A stretch of DNA of 64,000 nucleotides from Bacteroidaceae bacterium (GTDB taxonomy: Bacteria; Bacillota; Clostridia; Oscillospirales; Acutalibacteraceae): the NCBI GenBank assembly GCA_963631735.1, contig CAVGRW010000001.1:21300-85299 (forward strand), given 5' to 3'. Numbering within the stretch: position 1 is the first letter of the stretch; every line of letters begins with the position of its first letter. Below the pieces are notes generated by a model that was given only the letters and a program-made list of their open reading frames with translations, did no database searches and was not told where the DNA came from. Below, one piece after another: positions 8,032 through 16,161 of this stretch. The translations under genes and the position numbers were made by a program.

Positions 8032-9537
8032 TTATTTCACGCTCTCTTTCGCTTTGTTTCTCTCAGCGATCTCGGCAACCATCTGCTGCTGTCTCTTTTC
8101 TGTGATGTTATAGAAAAGCATCGGAATTATTGTAGCCGCCATGCTGATGGCACCCGTAAGAATAAGGACATTCCAAAGAAGCTGTTTTCCCTCGGGAGTG
8201 ATCGCGGGAGTTGCCTCGGGGTTGATGCCCGCCCAGCTATAGGAGAAAACGCCTACGAATGCGCCGACTGCCATACCTATCTTGTTAATGAGTGTCTGCA
8301 TAGCGAAGCAGATACCCTCGGCTCTCTCGCCCGTTTTCCATTCGAGATAGTCAACCGTATCGCCGATCATAGCGTATGTGATGATATTGTTAACGCCCTG
8401 CGGAATTCCGAGAAGAACAAGACCGATTGCGTTGACAACAAGCTTCCACGGTGCGTCGTAGCCGATGAAGTACATCGCAAACATAACGACTGCGCCGAGA
8501 ATATGAACGTAAATATATGCCCATTTCTTTGTGAATTTCTTCGTCATCCACGGAACAAGTATCGAAGCGACAAGTCCGCCGGGAACGATGAGCATTGTTA
8601 TAAGGCTGAAAAGTCCTTCATTGTTAAGAACGTATTTTGCAAAATAAAGTCCGCCCGTGTATGTATAAACGGTTCTTGCGCCGCCGAGAACGCCGGAAAT
8701 AACGACTAAAAGCAGCTGCTTGTTCTTAAACAGGAGCTTGAGGTTATGTCCGAGTGACGGAGGAGCGTCCTTTGAGGTAAATCTCTCGGTCGTATTTTTG
8801 AAGCCGTAAAAGAACATCGGAATCGAAACCACAACGAGCACGAGAGCACAGATAAAGTAAGTCCATTTGAGTGTTTCTGCGTTCTGAGAAATATACTGCG
8901 GAAGAACATTGCCGTCGGCGTCCTTGAATTTTGCTGTAACGGCATTTGTAATAAGCGGAACACCGACCGTTACAAGTCCTGCGCCGAGCGTGCAGACAAG
9001 ACGTGCAAAGGTAAGCACCTTGCCTCTTACGACCGTGTCGTTTGTCATGCAGGTTGAAAGTCCCCAGTAAGGAACGTCGGCAACGGTATAAACCATCGAC
9101 CAAATGACATAAAGTACGGAAATAACAACAAAGGTTGATTTTGTTTTCGGCTCAAGGAACGGGCAGAAACAAAGAACCGTCGTTATTGCAATGGGAATAG
9201 CCATCCATTTAAGATACGGGCGGCATTTGCCCCACTTGGTTCTTGTTCTGTCAACTATCGAACCCATGATCGGGTCATTGAGTGCGTCATAAACTCTTGT
9301 AAAGAGCATTAAAAAAGCAACAGCCATTGCGCCCGATATACTCTTGAATACCGTACCCTTTTCAACAGCACCGAAAAGGAGCGCATCTGTCATGAAAACA
9401 GTAAGGAACGAACCGATTATTGTACAGATAAAATTCTGACCGAAACCGGTGATACTGTATGCGATAACTTCCTTCGGCTGAATACCCTCACCGGGCGTTG
9501 TGCCGAACATATTGTGCCAAAAATTCTTTTTAGCCAT
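8032..9537 (-). CDS. GPH-family glycoside/pentoside/hexuronide:cation symporter (MFS)
   Basis: 501 aa with about 12 TM segments. Has the GPH signature DALNDPIMGSIVDRTRTKWGKCRPY. Its stop directly abuts the YdjC start. Confidence 0.85.
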   Translation of the reverse strand: MAKKNFWHNMFGTTPGEGIQPKEVIAYSITGFGQNFICTIIGSFLTVFMTDALLFGAVEKGTVFKSISGAMAVAFLMLFTRVYDALNDPIMGSIVDRTRTKWGKCRPYLKWMAIPIAITTVLCFCPFLEPKTKSTFVVISVLYVIWSMVYTVADVPYWGLSTCMTNDTVVRGKVLTFARLVCTLGAGLVTVGVPLITNAVTAKFKDADGNVLPQYISQNAETLKWTYFICALVLVVVSIPMFFYGFKNTTERFTSKDAPPSLGHNLKLLFKNKQLLLVVISGVLGGARTVYTYTGGLYFAKYVLNNEGLFSLITMLIVPGGLVASILVPWMTKKFTKKWAYIYVHILGAVVMFAMYFIGYDAPWKLVVNAIGLVLLGIPQGVNNIITYAMIGDTVDYLEWKTGERAEGICFAMQTLINKIGMAVGAFVGVFSYSWAGINPEATPAITPEGKQLLWNVLILTGAISMAATIIPMLFYNITEKRQQQMVAEIAERNKAKESVK

Positions 9538-9557
9538 CTGATAACCTTCTCTCTGCC

Positions 9558-9576
9558 GTGTGACTTACTCTCACAC
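9558..9576. promoter_or_regulatory. Palindrome in the transporter leader; candidate operator or 5'UTR hairpin
   Basis: GTGTGA-N7-TCACAC lies about 20 nt upstream of the GPH start codon, just 5' of the RBS (GAGAAGG on the minus strand). Confidence 0.3.
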
Positions 9577-9729
9577 TTTATTGTATTTAATTTTATCACA
9601 TTAGATGACCTTTTGTAAATTAAAAAACAAAAAACCTACTTTTCATACAAAAACAAAGCAGGTTTTTTATTATATATTACTATAGATATTCGATTATTTT
9701 AAATTAAAAAACTGTATAATTTAAACAAT

Positions 9730-10356
9730 TTATTGAGCTTGTCCTGTTTTTTCGGAAATCGCTTCTTTTATTTGCTCGTATATTTCGACTACCTTAAATC
9801 TCGGCTCGTATTTCGGCTTGCTTTCGACAAGCTTTATTTCCTTTTCGGAGAAAACATTTTCAATTTCGTCCTTTTTATCAGCCGCAGGAACGCACATCGG
9901 CGGGAACATCACGCACCACCAATTGTGACCCTCGCCCGAGCCGATAACGACTCGCAATGCAAGATATTTACCCGCAGGGAGCGTCACGTTTTCATAGGTT
10001 CTCGTTGTGAAGTATTCATTTGAAAGAGTGATTTTGACGTCATAATCAAAGCCCGACTGCTTTACAAAATCTTTAGCCGAGCTTTCGAGCTCTGGCAGTC
10101 TTGGTTTGATTTTTTTAACTGCATTTTCAACGTTAACGCTGCCGTCAAAAATTTCCTTGCCCTCTTGCAGGATAAAATCACGAAGTCTGAGCTTTAAGTT
10201 TTGGTCAACGCTTGTGTCCGAATTGGCAATAACATGAAGTCTGAGCACGTCCGAGCGAATTTCCTCCGAGGTTTTCGCAAAGGAACATATTGAAAATACA
10301 ACGGCAACGATTATGCCAACCGAGAGTGAAATTTTTATTTTCTTTGAAAAAGACAT
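9730..10356 (-). CDS. spoIIR: Stage II sporulation protein R
   Basis: 208 aa. Signal/TM at the N-terminus plus the SpoIIR hallmark LRLHVIANSDT..DQ.LK..LRD, and WWCVMFPPMC. Confidence 0.85.
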   Translation of the reverse strand: MSFSKKIKISLSVGIIVAVVFSICSFAKTSEEIRSDVLRLHVIANSDTSVDQNLKLRLRDFILQEGKEIFDGSVNVENAVKKIKPRLPELESSAKDFVKQSGFDYDVKITLSNEYFTTRTYENVTLPAGKYLALRVVIGSGEGHNWWCVMFPPMCVPAADKKDEIENVFSEKEIKLVESKPKYEPRFKVVEIYEQIKEAISEKTGQAQ

Positions 10357-10399
10357 ACAGTCAACTCCTTACTTGTTTTGCAAGTAAATTGTTGACTGT
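10357..10399 (-). promoter_or_regulatory. Nested hairpin spanning the spoIIR ribosome-binding region
   Basis: The minus strand reads ACAGTCAAC-aatt-TACTTG-caaaa-CAAGTA-AGGAG-TTGACTGT-ATG. The outer 8-9 bp stem and inner 6 bp stem bracket the SD. Confidence 0.3.
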
Positions 10400-10410
10400 A
10401 ATTTTTTCAT

Positions 10411-11406
10411 TTATTCATACATTTCCAAAATTTGGGTTGCTTTTTCTTTAACGGCTCTCACAAGCGCTTTCGGCTGAATGACTTTTATATCCGTGCCGTA
10501 CTGCAATATCCAGCTGACAAGACCCTCGCTCATTTCGACCTCTGCCTTAATGCGGAAATGCTCATTATCGTCAATTTTTATCGGAACATCGTCACCGAAC
10601 TTTTCGATGATTTCATCAAGAATTGAATTTGAGCACGAAAGTGTTACGTTCGCTTCCTCGCCGGAGAACATATTGAAAAGCTTGTTTGAATAGTCGGCAA
10701 TATCAAATTTATCTGTATATTGCGAAACCTTAGAAAAATGCTTTGCAGGCGAATTGAGCTGTTCGATGTCAAAAATCCTGTCAAGGCGCAGGTGCATGAG
10801 ATTGGAATATTTATTGTTATTGCATATCAGGTAATAATGGTCGTTCGACCAAAGCATCGCATAGGGATTGACAAGAAATGTCTTGCCCTCGTTGCGAACG
10901 AGGTATTTATTCTCTATCGAGCGTCTTGCATACCTGAGCATGACCTGTTTTTTGCTTTTTATCGCCTTGTCAAGAATTCGTATTGTCTCATAGAGATCCT
11001 CTTTATCGGTCTTGAAGCTGCCGTCAACATATATCTGCTCCCTCAGCTCCTCCTCCTGATATTCGCTGACAAGTCCGCCGATTTTATATATAAGACTCTT
11101 GGTGTTCTTCTCGGAAATAAACTTCGCCGCCTGAACCGCATCAATCAAAAGTCTCGCCTCGGGCGGAGAGAATTTTCTCGATTTAAGATAATATCCCCTG
11201 TGCGGAGTTCTGATATTTACGATGTCCATTCCGTATTCCTTGAGATCCTCAATATCACGGTAAATGGACTTTCTCTCGCATGTAACGCCGTATTCGCCGA
11301 GCATTGAAATCAGCTGAACAGCGGAATAGACGTGCTCCTCGTCCGTCTGTCTGTTAAAGATATCGGCAAGAAAAAGAAGCCGCAGGTTATGGTCGCCCGT
11401 GTTCAT
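10411..11406 (-). CDS. HTH-WYL-domain transcriptional regulator
   Basis: 331 aa. N-terminal wHTH (LRLLFLADIF...), a central WYL-like core (FLVNPYAMLWSNDHYYLI) and a C-terminal WCX-like domain. Confidence 0.8.
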   Translation of the reverse strand: MNTGDHNLRLLFLADIFNRQTDEEHVYSAVQLISMLGEYGVTCERKSIYRDIEDLKEYGMDIVNIRTPHRGYYLKSRKFSPPEARLLIDAVQAAKFISEKNTKSLIYKIGGLVSEYQEEELREQIYVDGSFKTDKEDLYETIRILDKAIKSKKQVMLRYARRSIENKYLVRNEGKTFLVNPYAMLWSNDHYYLICNNNKYSNLMHLRLDRIFDIEQLNSPAKHFSKVSQYTDKFDIADYSNKLFNMFSGEEANVTLSCSNSILDEIIEKFGDDVPIKIDDNEHFRIKAEVEMSEGLVSWILQYGTDIKVIQPKALVRAVKEKATQILEMYE

Positions 11407-11415
11407 CTAATCACC

Positions 11416-13173
11416 TCAGTACTTTAATTTAGCGTTGATTTCTCTGATAGTGTCTGCGTCGATTTTAAGAAGCTCACGGTCATATGTATAAATGCCGTTG
11501 ACCTCAAATTCAACGTCGCTGACCTGCGTATAAACGGTTGCGCTCAAGCCTTTTTTGATGCTCGGAATGATCTGCTTTTCAAAGAGCTTTTTATACGCCT
11601 TGGTGAGCGTTTCCTTGGTCTTATACATTACATAGCCGAAGCTCTTTTCTCTGTTCCAAACGTGGTTTTCGATTATACGGCTGTAGCCGCCGAACTCGCT
11701 GAGAACAAGCGGTCTGCCGTCACCCTTCGGCGGAATAAACGGAAGAATGTACTGATGTACGCTCTTGAGCTCGGGTCCCTTCTGATCGTGCCAGCCGCTC
11801 GCATGGTCAACGATTCTTGTCGGGTCGTACTCCTTGACCGTCTCGCCTATTCTCTTTGCGTCAAACTGTCCCCATGACTCATTGAAAGGAACCCAGCAGC
11901 CGATCGAGGTGCAGTTATAAAGATGGTCTATAGTGTCAAATATAGCCTTTTCATGCTCTCTGCGGCACTCCTCGTTGTCAACGCCGAACCATTTGTAATG
12001 GCTGTCGGAAACGCTTCTGATAAACAAATTCGGAAGCACGCCGACAAAGAACATGTCTATTTTCTTTGCACCGCAAACCATGTCCTGCCAAACTATCATG
12101 CCGAGCTTGTCGCAATGATAATACCAGCGTCTCGGCTCGATTTTAATGTGCTTTCTGAGCATGTTGAAGCCGAGATTTTTCATCTCCTTGATGTCAAAAA
12201 TCATCGCTTCGTCGCAGGACGGAGTCATGCCGCCGTCGGGCCAATAGCCCTGGTCGAGCAGTCCTGTCTGAAAATATGGTCTGTTGTTGAGATAAAGTCT
12301 CGGAATTGCCTTGTCGTCATAGCCGATGCTGAACTTTCTCATTCCGAAGTAGCTTGAAACAACGTCAAGAATTTGTTCGTTCTCGTCGCAAAGAGCTATA
12401 ACGATATCGTAAAGGAACGGATCCTCGGGGCTCCAAAGACGAACGTCCTTGAGCTTGACAGTCTCATCGGCAGAAATCTTTCCTGCGAAAACGATAGTTT
12501 CGTCCTTTTTGATTATAGCTCGAAGCTGAGTATCTTCGGCATATTTTAATTCAGTCTCGATTCTGATCGACGAAGCGTCAATATCGGGAGTGAGACGGAT
12601 ATTTTCAATGTGCTTTTCGTTAACAGGCTCAAGCCATACGCTCTGCCAAATTCCGCTCGTGGCGGTGTACCAGAAGCCTGTGCTTTTTCTGACCTGCTTT
12701 CCCCTATCCTGCCAGTTAGTCTCCGTAGGGTCGTTTACTCTGACAACGAGCTCATTATAGCCCTCTCTGAGATATTCCGTTACATCAAAGCTGAAAGGGA
12801 TATATCCGCCCTGATGAGTTCCGACGGGCTTGCCGTTGAAAAATACCATACAGCGCCAGTCTACAGCCTCAAAATGGAGGATACAGCGCTTGCCCTCAAA
12901 GCAATCGTCAAGTATAAACTTTTTTCGGTACCAAAGATAATCCTCGGGCTCGATCGTTCTTTCAATTCCCGAAAGATAACATTCGGGCGCAAACGGAACA
13001 ATGATTTCTTCATCGAAATCCTGCGGAATATCGTCGGTCATGCCCGTTATCGTGAATTCAAATTTTCCGTTCAGGCATTGCCAATCGTTTCTGACAAGCT
13101 GAGGTCTCGGATATTCGCCGAGCGGACAGTCATAATTCACTTTATCTGTCCAGCGTGTTTTCAAATTGCTCAT
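11416..13173 (-). CDS. Glycoside hydrolase family 2 enzyme (cytoplasmic, no signal peptide)
   Basis: 585 aa. Has the GH2 sugar-binding, Ig-like and TIM-barrel order. Candidate acid/base is in PFNESWG and candidate nucleophile in LSEFGG. Confidence 0.8.
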   Translation of the reverse strand: MSNLKTRWTDKVNYDCPLGEYPRPQLVRNDWQCLNGKFEFTITGMTDDIPQDFDEEIIVPFAPECYLSGIERTIEPEDYLWYRKKFILDDCFEGKRCILHFEAVDWRCMVFFNGKPVGTHQGGYIPFSFDVTEYLREGYNELVVRVNDPTETNWQDRGKQVRKSTGFWYTATSGIWQSVWLEPVNEKHIENIRLTPDIDASSIRIETELKYAEDTQLRAIIKKDETIVFAGKISADETVKLKDVRLWSPEDPFLYDIVIALCDENEQILDVVSSYFGMRKFSIGYDDKAIPRLYLNNRPYFQTGLLDQGYWPDGGMTPSCDEAMIFDIKEMKNLGFNMLRKHIKIEPRRWYYHCDKLGMIVWQDMVCGAKKIDMFFVGVLPNLFIRSVSDSHYKWFGVDNEECRREHEKAIFDTIDHLYNCTSIGCWVPFNESWGQFDAKRIGETVKEYDPTRIVDHASGWHDQKGPELKSVHQYILPFIPPKGDGRPLVLSEFGGYSRIIENHVWNREKSFGYVMYKTKETLTKAYKKLFEKQIIPSIKKGLSATVYTQVSDVEFEVNGIYTYDRELLKIDADTIREINAKLKY

Positions 13174-13502
13174 TGCTGCGCCTCCTTGTATTTTTCAAGC
13201 TCCGCAAGCAGCCATTCCTGCGCTTCAAGAATTCCTGCGGCAGAAGCCTCAAATATTTTCTCTGTCATTTTTTCTTTGTCAGTTTCATCGTAGCAATCGT
13301 TGCCGACATAATGAATTGCCCTGAACTGCTTTTCGTCGTTCTCGTCCTTCTCAATCCACGCTCTGTACCTGAATGACTGCTTTCCGAGACAGCCGAGATA
13401 CGGATCGGTTCCGTATGAGCCGGCATAGGCATTGCCTTTTCCGCCGAAGCCCATCAAGCCTAAAAACCATTCAAAGGACGGTAATTTTATTAAATCAGTC
13501 AT
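13170..13502 (-). CDS. Hypothetical 110-aa protein
   Basis: ATG start. It overlaps the GT2 stop (ATGACTGA) and overlaps the GH2 start by 4 nt. I recognise no family. Confidence 0.55.
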   Translation of the reverse strand: MTDLIKLPSFEWFLGLMGFGGKGNAYAGSYGTDPYLGCLGKQSFRYRAWIEKDENDEKQFRAIHYVGNDCYDETDKEKMTEKIFEASAAGILEAQEWLLAELEKYKEAQQ

Positions 13503-14496
13503 GTAAAAGCTTGCTCCTTAAATCAAAAAGTTTTCGCCAAAGTACAACGGCAAGTGCCATGCGTTTTTTCAAAAGAGTGAAGAACACCTTGTCATAAAGG
13601 CATTTGAATTCCGAATAATTTGCATTCATATACAAATCATAAAATTCGCTCGCAAGAATTCGTTTGACATATTTATATGCCGTCGGAATGTTTCCGTATG
13701 TGATCTCGGAATTTACAGAGCTTGTTGTATAATAAACGAAATTTTCCGAGACCTCATGCTGTATTTCATCTCCGAAGACAGAATCTTTAAAATATCCTGT
13801 TTGATATTCGTAAATATAACGCTGAACATCAAAACCGTTTTTTACAACGCAGGTAGCATTATCGGGATTGACATTGTAATGATACAGCACCTTGTCAATA
13901 AATTCAAAAGACGTGCAATTTTTTAAATATTCAAAAACGAAAACCATGTCCTCGGCATATTTCACTCCGACGGGAAATGAGATATGATAATTCTCTATAA
14001 TCTCTTTTTTATAAAGCTTGTTCCAGCAGGAATAAAACTCCGTATGAACCGTACCTTTAAAAAATCCAAGATCAAATTCATTTTTCATGTATTTTTTCTC
14101 TTTGAAATATTTGCCGATATTGCTTTCATCTTCGGAATTTACATAATAGTCACAGCAGACAAGGTCTGCGTCGGAAGCATTCAGCATTTCGGAAATAAAT
14201 TCGGGATTATATTCGTCATCGCTGTCAAGAAAGGCGATATACTCCCCTTTTGCGGCATTTATTCCGTTATTACGGGCAACGGAAACTCCAGAATTCTCTT
14301 GATGAATTGCGGAAATGTTTTCGTATTTCTCAGCATAAGTGTCGCAGAGCTTTTCCGAGCCGTCCGTCGAACCGTCATCAACAAGAATAACCTCAAGACT
14401 GTTGAATTCGGTTTGTGAAATAACCGAACTAACAGCATTGTCGAGGTATTTTATGCAGTTATAAACAGGTATAATGACGGAAACCTTGCTGCTCAT
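13495..14496 (-). CDS. Glycosyltransferase family 2
   Basis: 333 aa. VSVIIPVYN...DDGSTDGS...LDSDD are GT-A/GT2 motifs. No TM segments seen. Confidence 0.85.
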   Translation of the reverse strand: MSSKVSVIIPVYNCIKYLDNAVSSVISQTEFNSLEVILVDDGSTDGSEKLCDTYAEKYENISAIHQENSGVSVARNNGINAAKGEYIAFLDSDDEYNPEFISEMLNASDADLVCCDYYVNSEDESNIGKYFKEKKYMKNEFDLGFFKGTVHTEFYSCWNKLYKKEIIENYHISFPVGVKYAEDMVFVFEYLKNCTSFEFIDKVLYHYNVNPDNATCVVKNGFDVQRYIYEYQTGYFKDSVFGDEIQHEVSENFVYYTTSSVNSEITYGNIPTAYKYVKRILASEFYDLYMNANYSEFKCLYDKVFFTLLKKRMALAVVLWRKLFDLRSKLLHD

Positions 14497-14498
14497 TA

Positions 14499-16148
14499 TC
14501 AGCCCTCGCTCTTTTTGAATATCTTGTTGAAAAATCCCTTAATGCCGCCCTCCGAGGCTGCAGTTGTGCTTTCCTCGGCGGCAGTCGAGCTTTCTGTTTC
14601 GTTATTTGAAGAATTGACTCTTACGCTGTCGGTTTTGAAAACAAACATTACGCTTGATGACATTGTCTGGGTTTTCTTTGTGAAAATCGTATATGACTTG
14701 CCGAGCTCCAGCCATGCCGTCATTTTTGCCGAAAGAGTGTTAGCGTCGATTCCCGAGATTGACGAAAGACTGTCGGTCGCAATCGAACCTTTAAGGCTTG
14801 AAAGCGTTGAATCAATCGAAGAAAGTGCGTTCGACTCGGAGAGTGCCTGCAAGGCGTTTATAAGATCCTTATTCTCCTCAACCGCTTTTTGCAGCTCGGA
14901 AAGCGTGTTAACGGTTTTCGGAAGATTTTCAATTGCCTTCTGAACCTGCGGATCGTTGAGGTCGGAGGACATCTCCTTGAGAAGCTGCAAGCCCTGGTTT
15001 ATCGTTTCCTGACTCGCTTCATCTCCGAAGATGCTGTTAATTACCTTCAATGCATCCTCAAGACCGTTGAAATCGGCTGTTCTTATATATTCAACGAGAA
15101 CCTGAATTGTTGTAAGGTTCTGCGGAGTTGTGTATTTATTGAGAACATTTATCAAGGCGGCATTCTCGCTGTAGAGCGACGAAGCCTGCTTAACAAGTGC
15201 GCTTAAATTATTGAGCTTGTCCGGGTTCGAGGAAAGCGTATTGAGAAGCTTTGAAGCGTCGATCTGCTGCAAGCTTTTCTGAACGTTCTGTAGCTTTTGA
15301 AGATTGTCACGAAGGCTGTCAACAGAATCGGAAATATTGTTGAGTCCGATATCAAGCGAAGCGATCGGAATAGCCGAGAACATGAAGTTGCCTATCTCAA
15401 AATTATTCACGTCTGCCGAAATAACGAATGTATCGTTGAATTTATAGGTCGAGTCGGAGTCTGACGAGAGCGATGAGAGTCCGAGACTTTCATTTATGCC
15501 CGGGAAGCCTGCAAGCACGGCATACTGTGTGTTACCGCTGCCGACAACACGTCCGTTTTCAACCTCGATATTCTGGAACTTCATTTCGCTGAGTGAAATT
15601 CCGCCGACAACGAGCATCGGGTTGTACATCGTCATGTTAGCTCCGTTGACCTTGACAGTGTAAGCGTCAACATTGTTCATTTTGATCGTGATTTTGACCT
15701 TGCCGCTCTTGCCTGCGATATCCTTCGCTTCTATCGGCTGACCGTCAAGGGTGTAGCTTATTTTAAACTCAAGCGGAAGCTTGCCGCTGTAGTCTCCCTG
15801 ATAATAAAGGTCGGTCGTGCTCATGTGCCAGCGAAGCGTTGAGCCGTTGACCTGCGGCTTTGAATCGTCCTTAACATTAACGACCGAAGTAAGATTTGTT
15901 ACGTCGTCAACATAAACGCCGCCCTGCGGAACGTGAAGCCAATCGCTGACCTTGATGCTTTTCTGCGTGCCCGTATTATCAAGATTAACATAAACCGTTT
16001 CGGACTTTTTGACCGATGCGGCAGGCACATTGTATCTTACGGAATTAACTTCTTCCTCGCCGTCGTCCTGAGAGCTGTCTCCGCAGGCGCAAAGAAAAAT
16101 CATTGCAAAGGCAAGAAGAATACAAAATATACTTTTAAATTTTTTCAT
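14499..16148 (-). CDS. Large lipoprotein with a beta-rich N-domain and a long helical heptad-like region
   Basis: The track ORF extends to 16370 but that part overlaps the MMPL gene. GAGAGG lies 9 nt before the ATG at 16148 (MKKFKSIFCILLAFAMIFLCACG lipobox). ATG 16157 is the alternative start. Confidence 0.7.
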   Translation of the reverse strand: MKKFKSIFCILLAFAMIFLCACGDSSQDDGEEEVNSVRYNVPAASVKKSETVYVNLDNTGTQKSIKVSDWLHVPQGGVYVDDVTNLTSVVNVKDDSKPQVNGSTLRWHMSTTDLYYQGDYSGKLPLEFKISYTLDGQPIEAKDIAGKSGKVKITIKMNNVDAYTVKVNGANMTMYNPMLVVGGISLSEMKFQNIEVENGRVVGSGNTQYAVLAGFPGINESLGLSSLSSDSDSTYKFNDTFVISADVNNFEIGNFMFSAIPIASLDIGLNNISDSVDSLRDNLQKLQNVQKSLQQIDASKLLNTLSSNPDKLNNLSALVKQASSLYSENAALINVLNKYTTPQNLTTIQVLVEYIRTADFNGLEDALKVINSIFGDEASQETINQGLQLLKEMSSDLNDPQVQKAIENLPKTVNTLSELQKAVEENKDLINALQALSESNALSSIDSTLSSLKGSIATDSLSSISGIDANTLSAKMTAWLELGKSYTIFTKKTQTMSSSVMFVFKTDSVRVNSSNNETESSTAAEESTTAASEGGIKGFFNKIFKKSEG

Positions 16149-16161
16149 TTCTTTCATCCTC

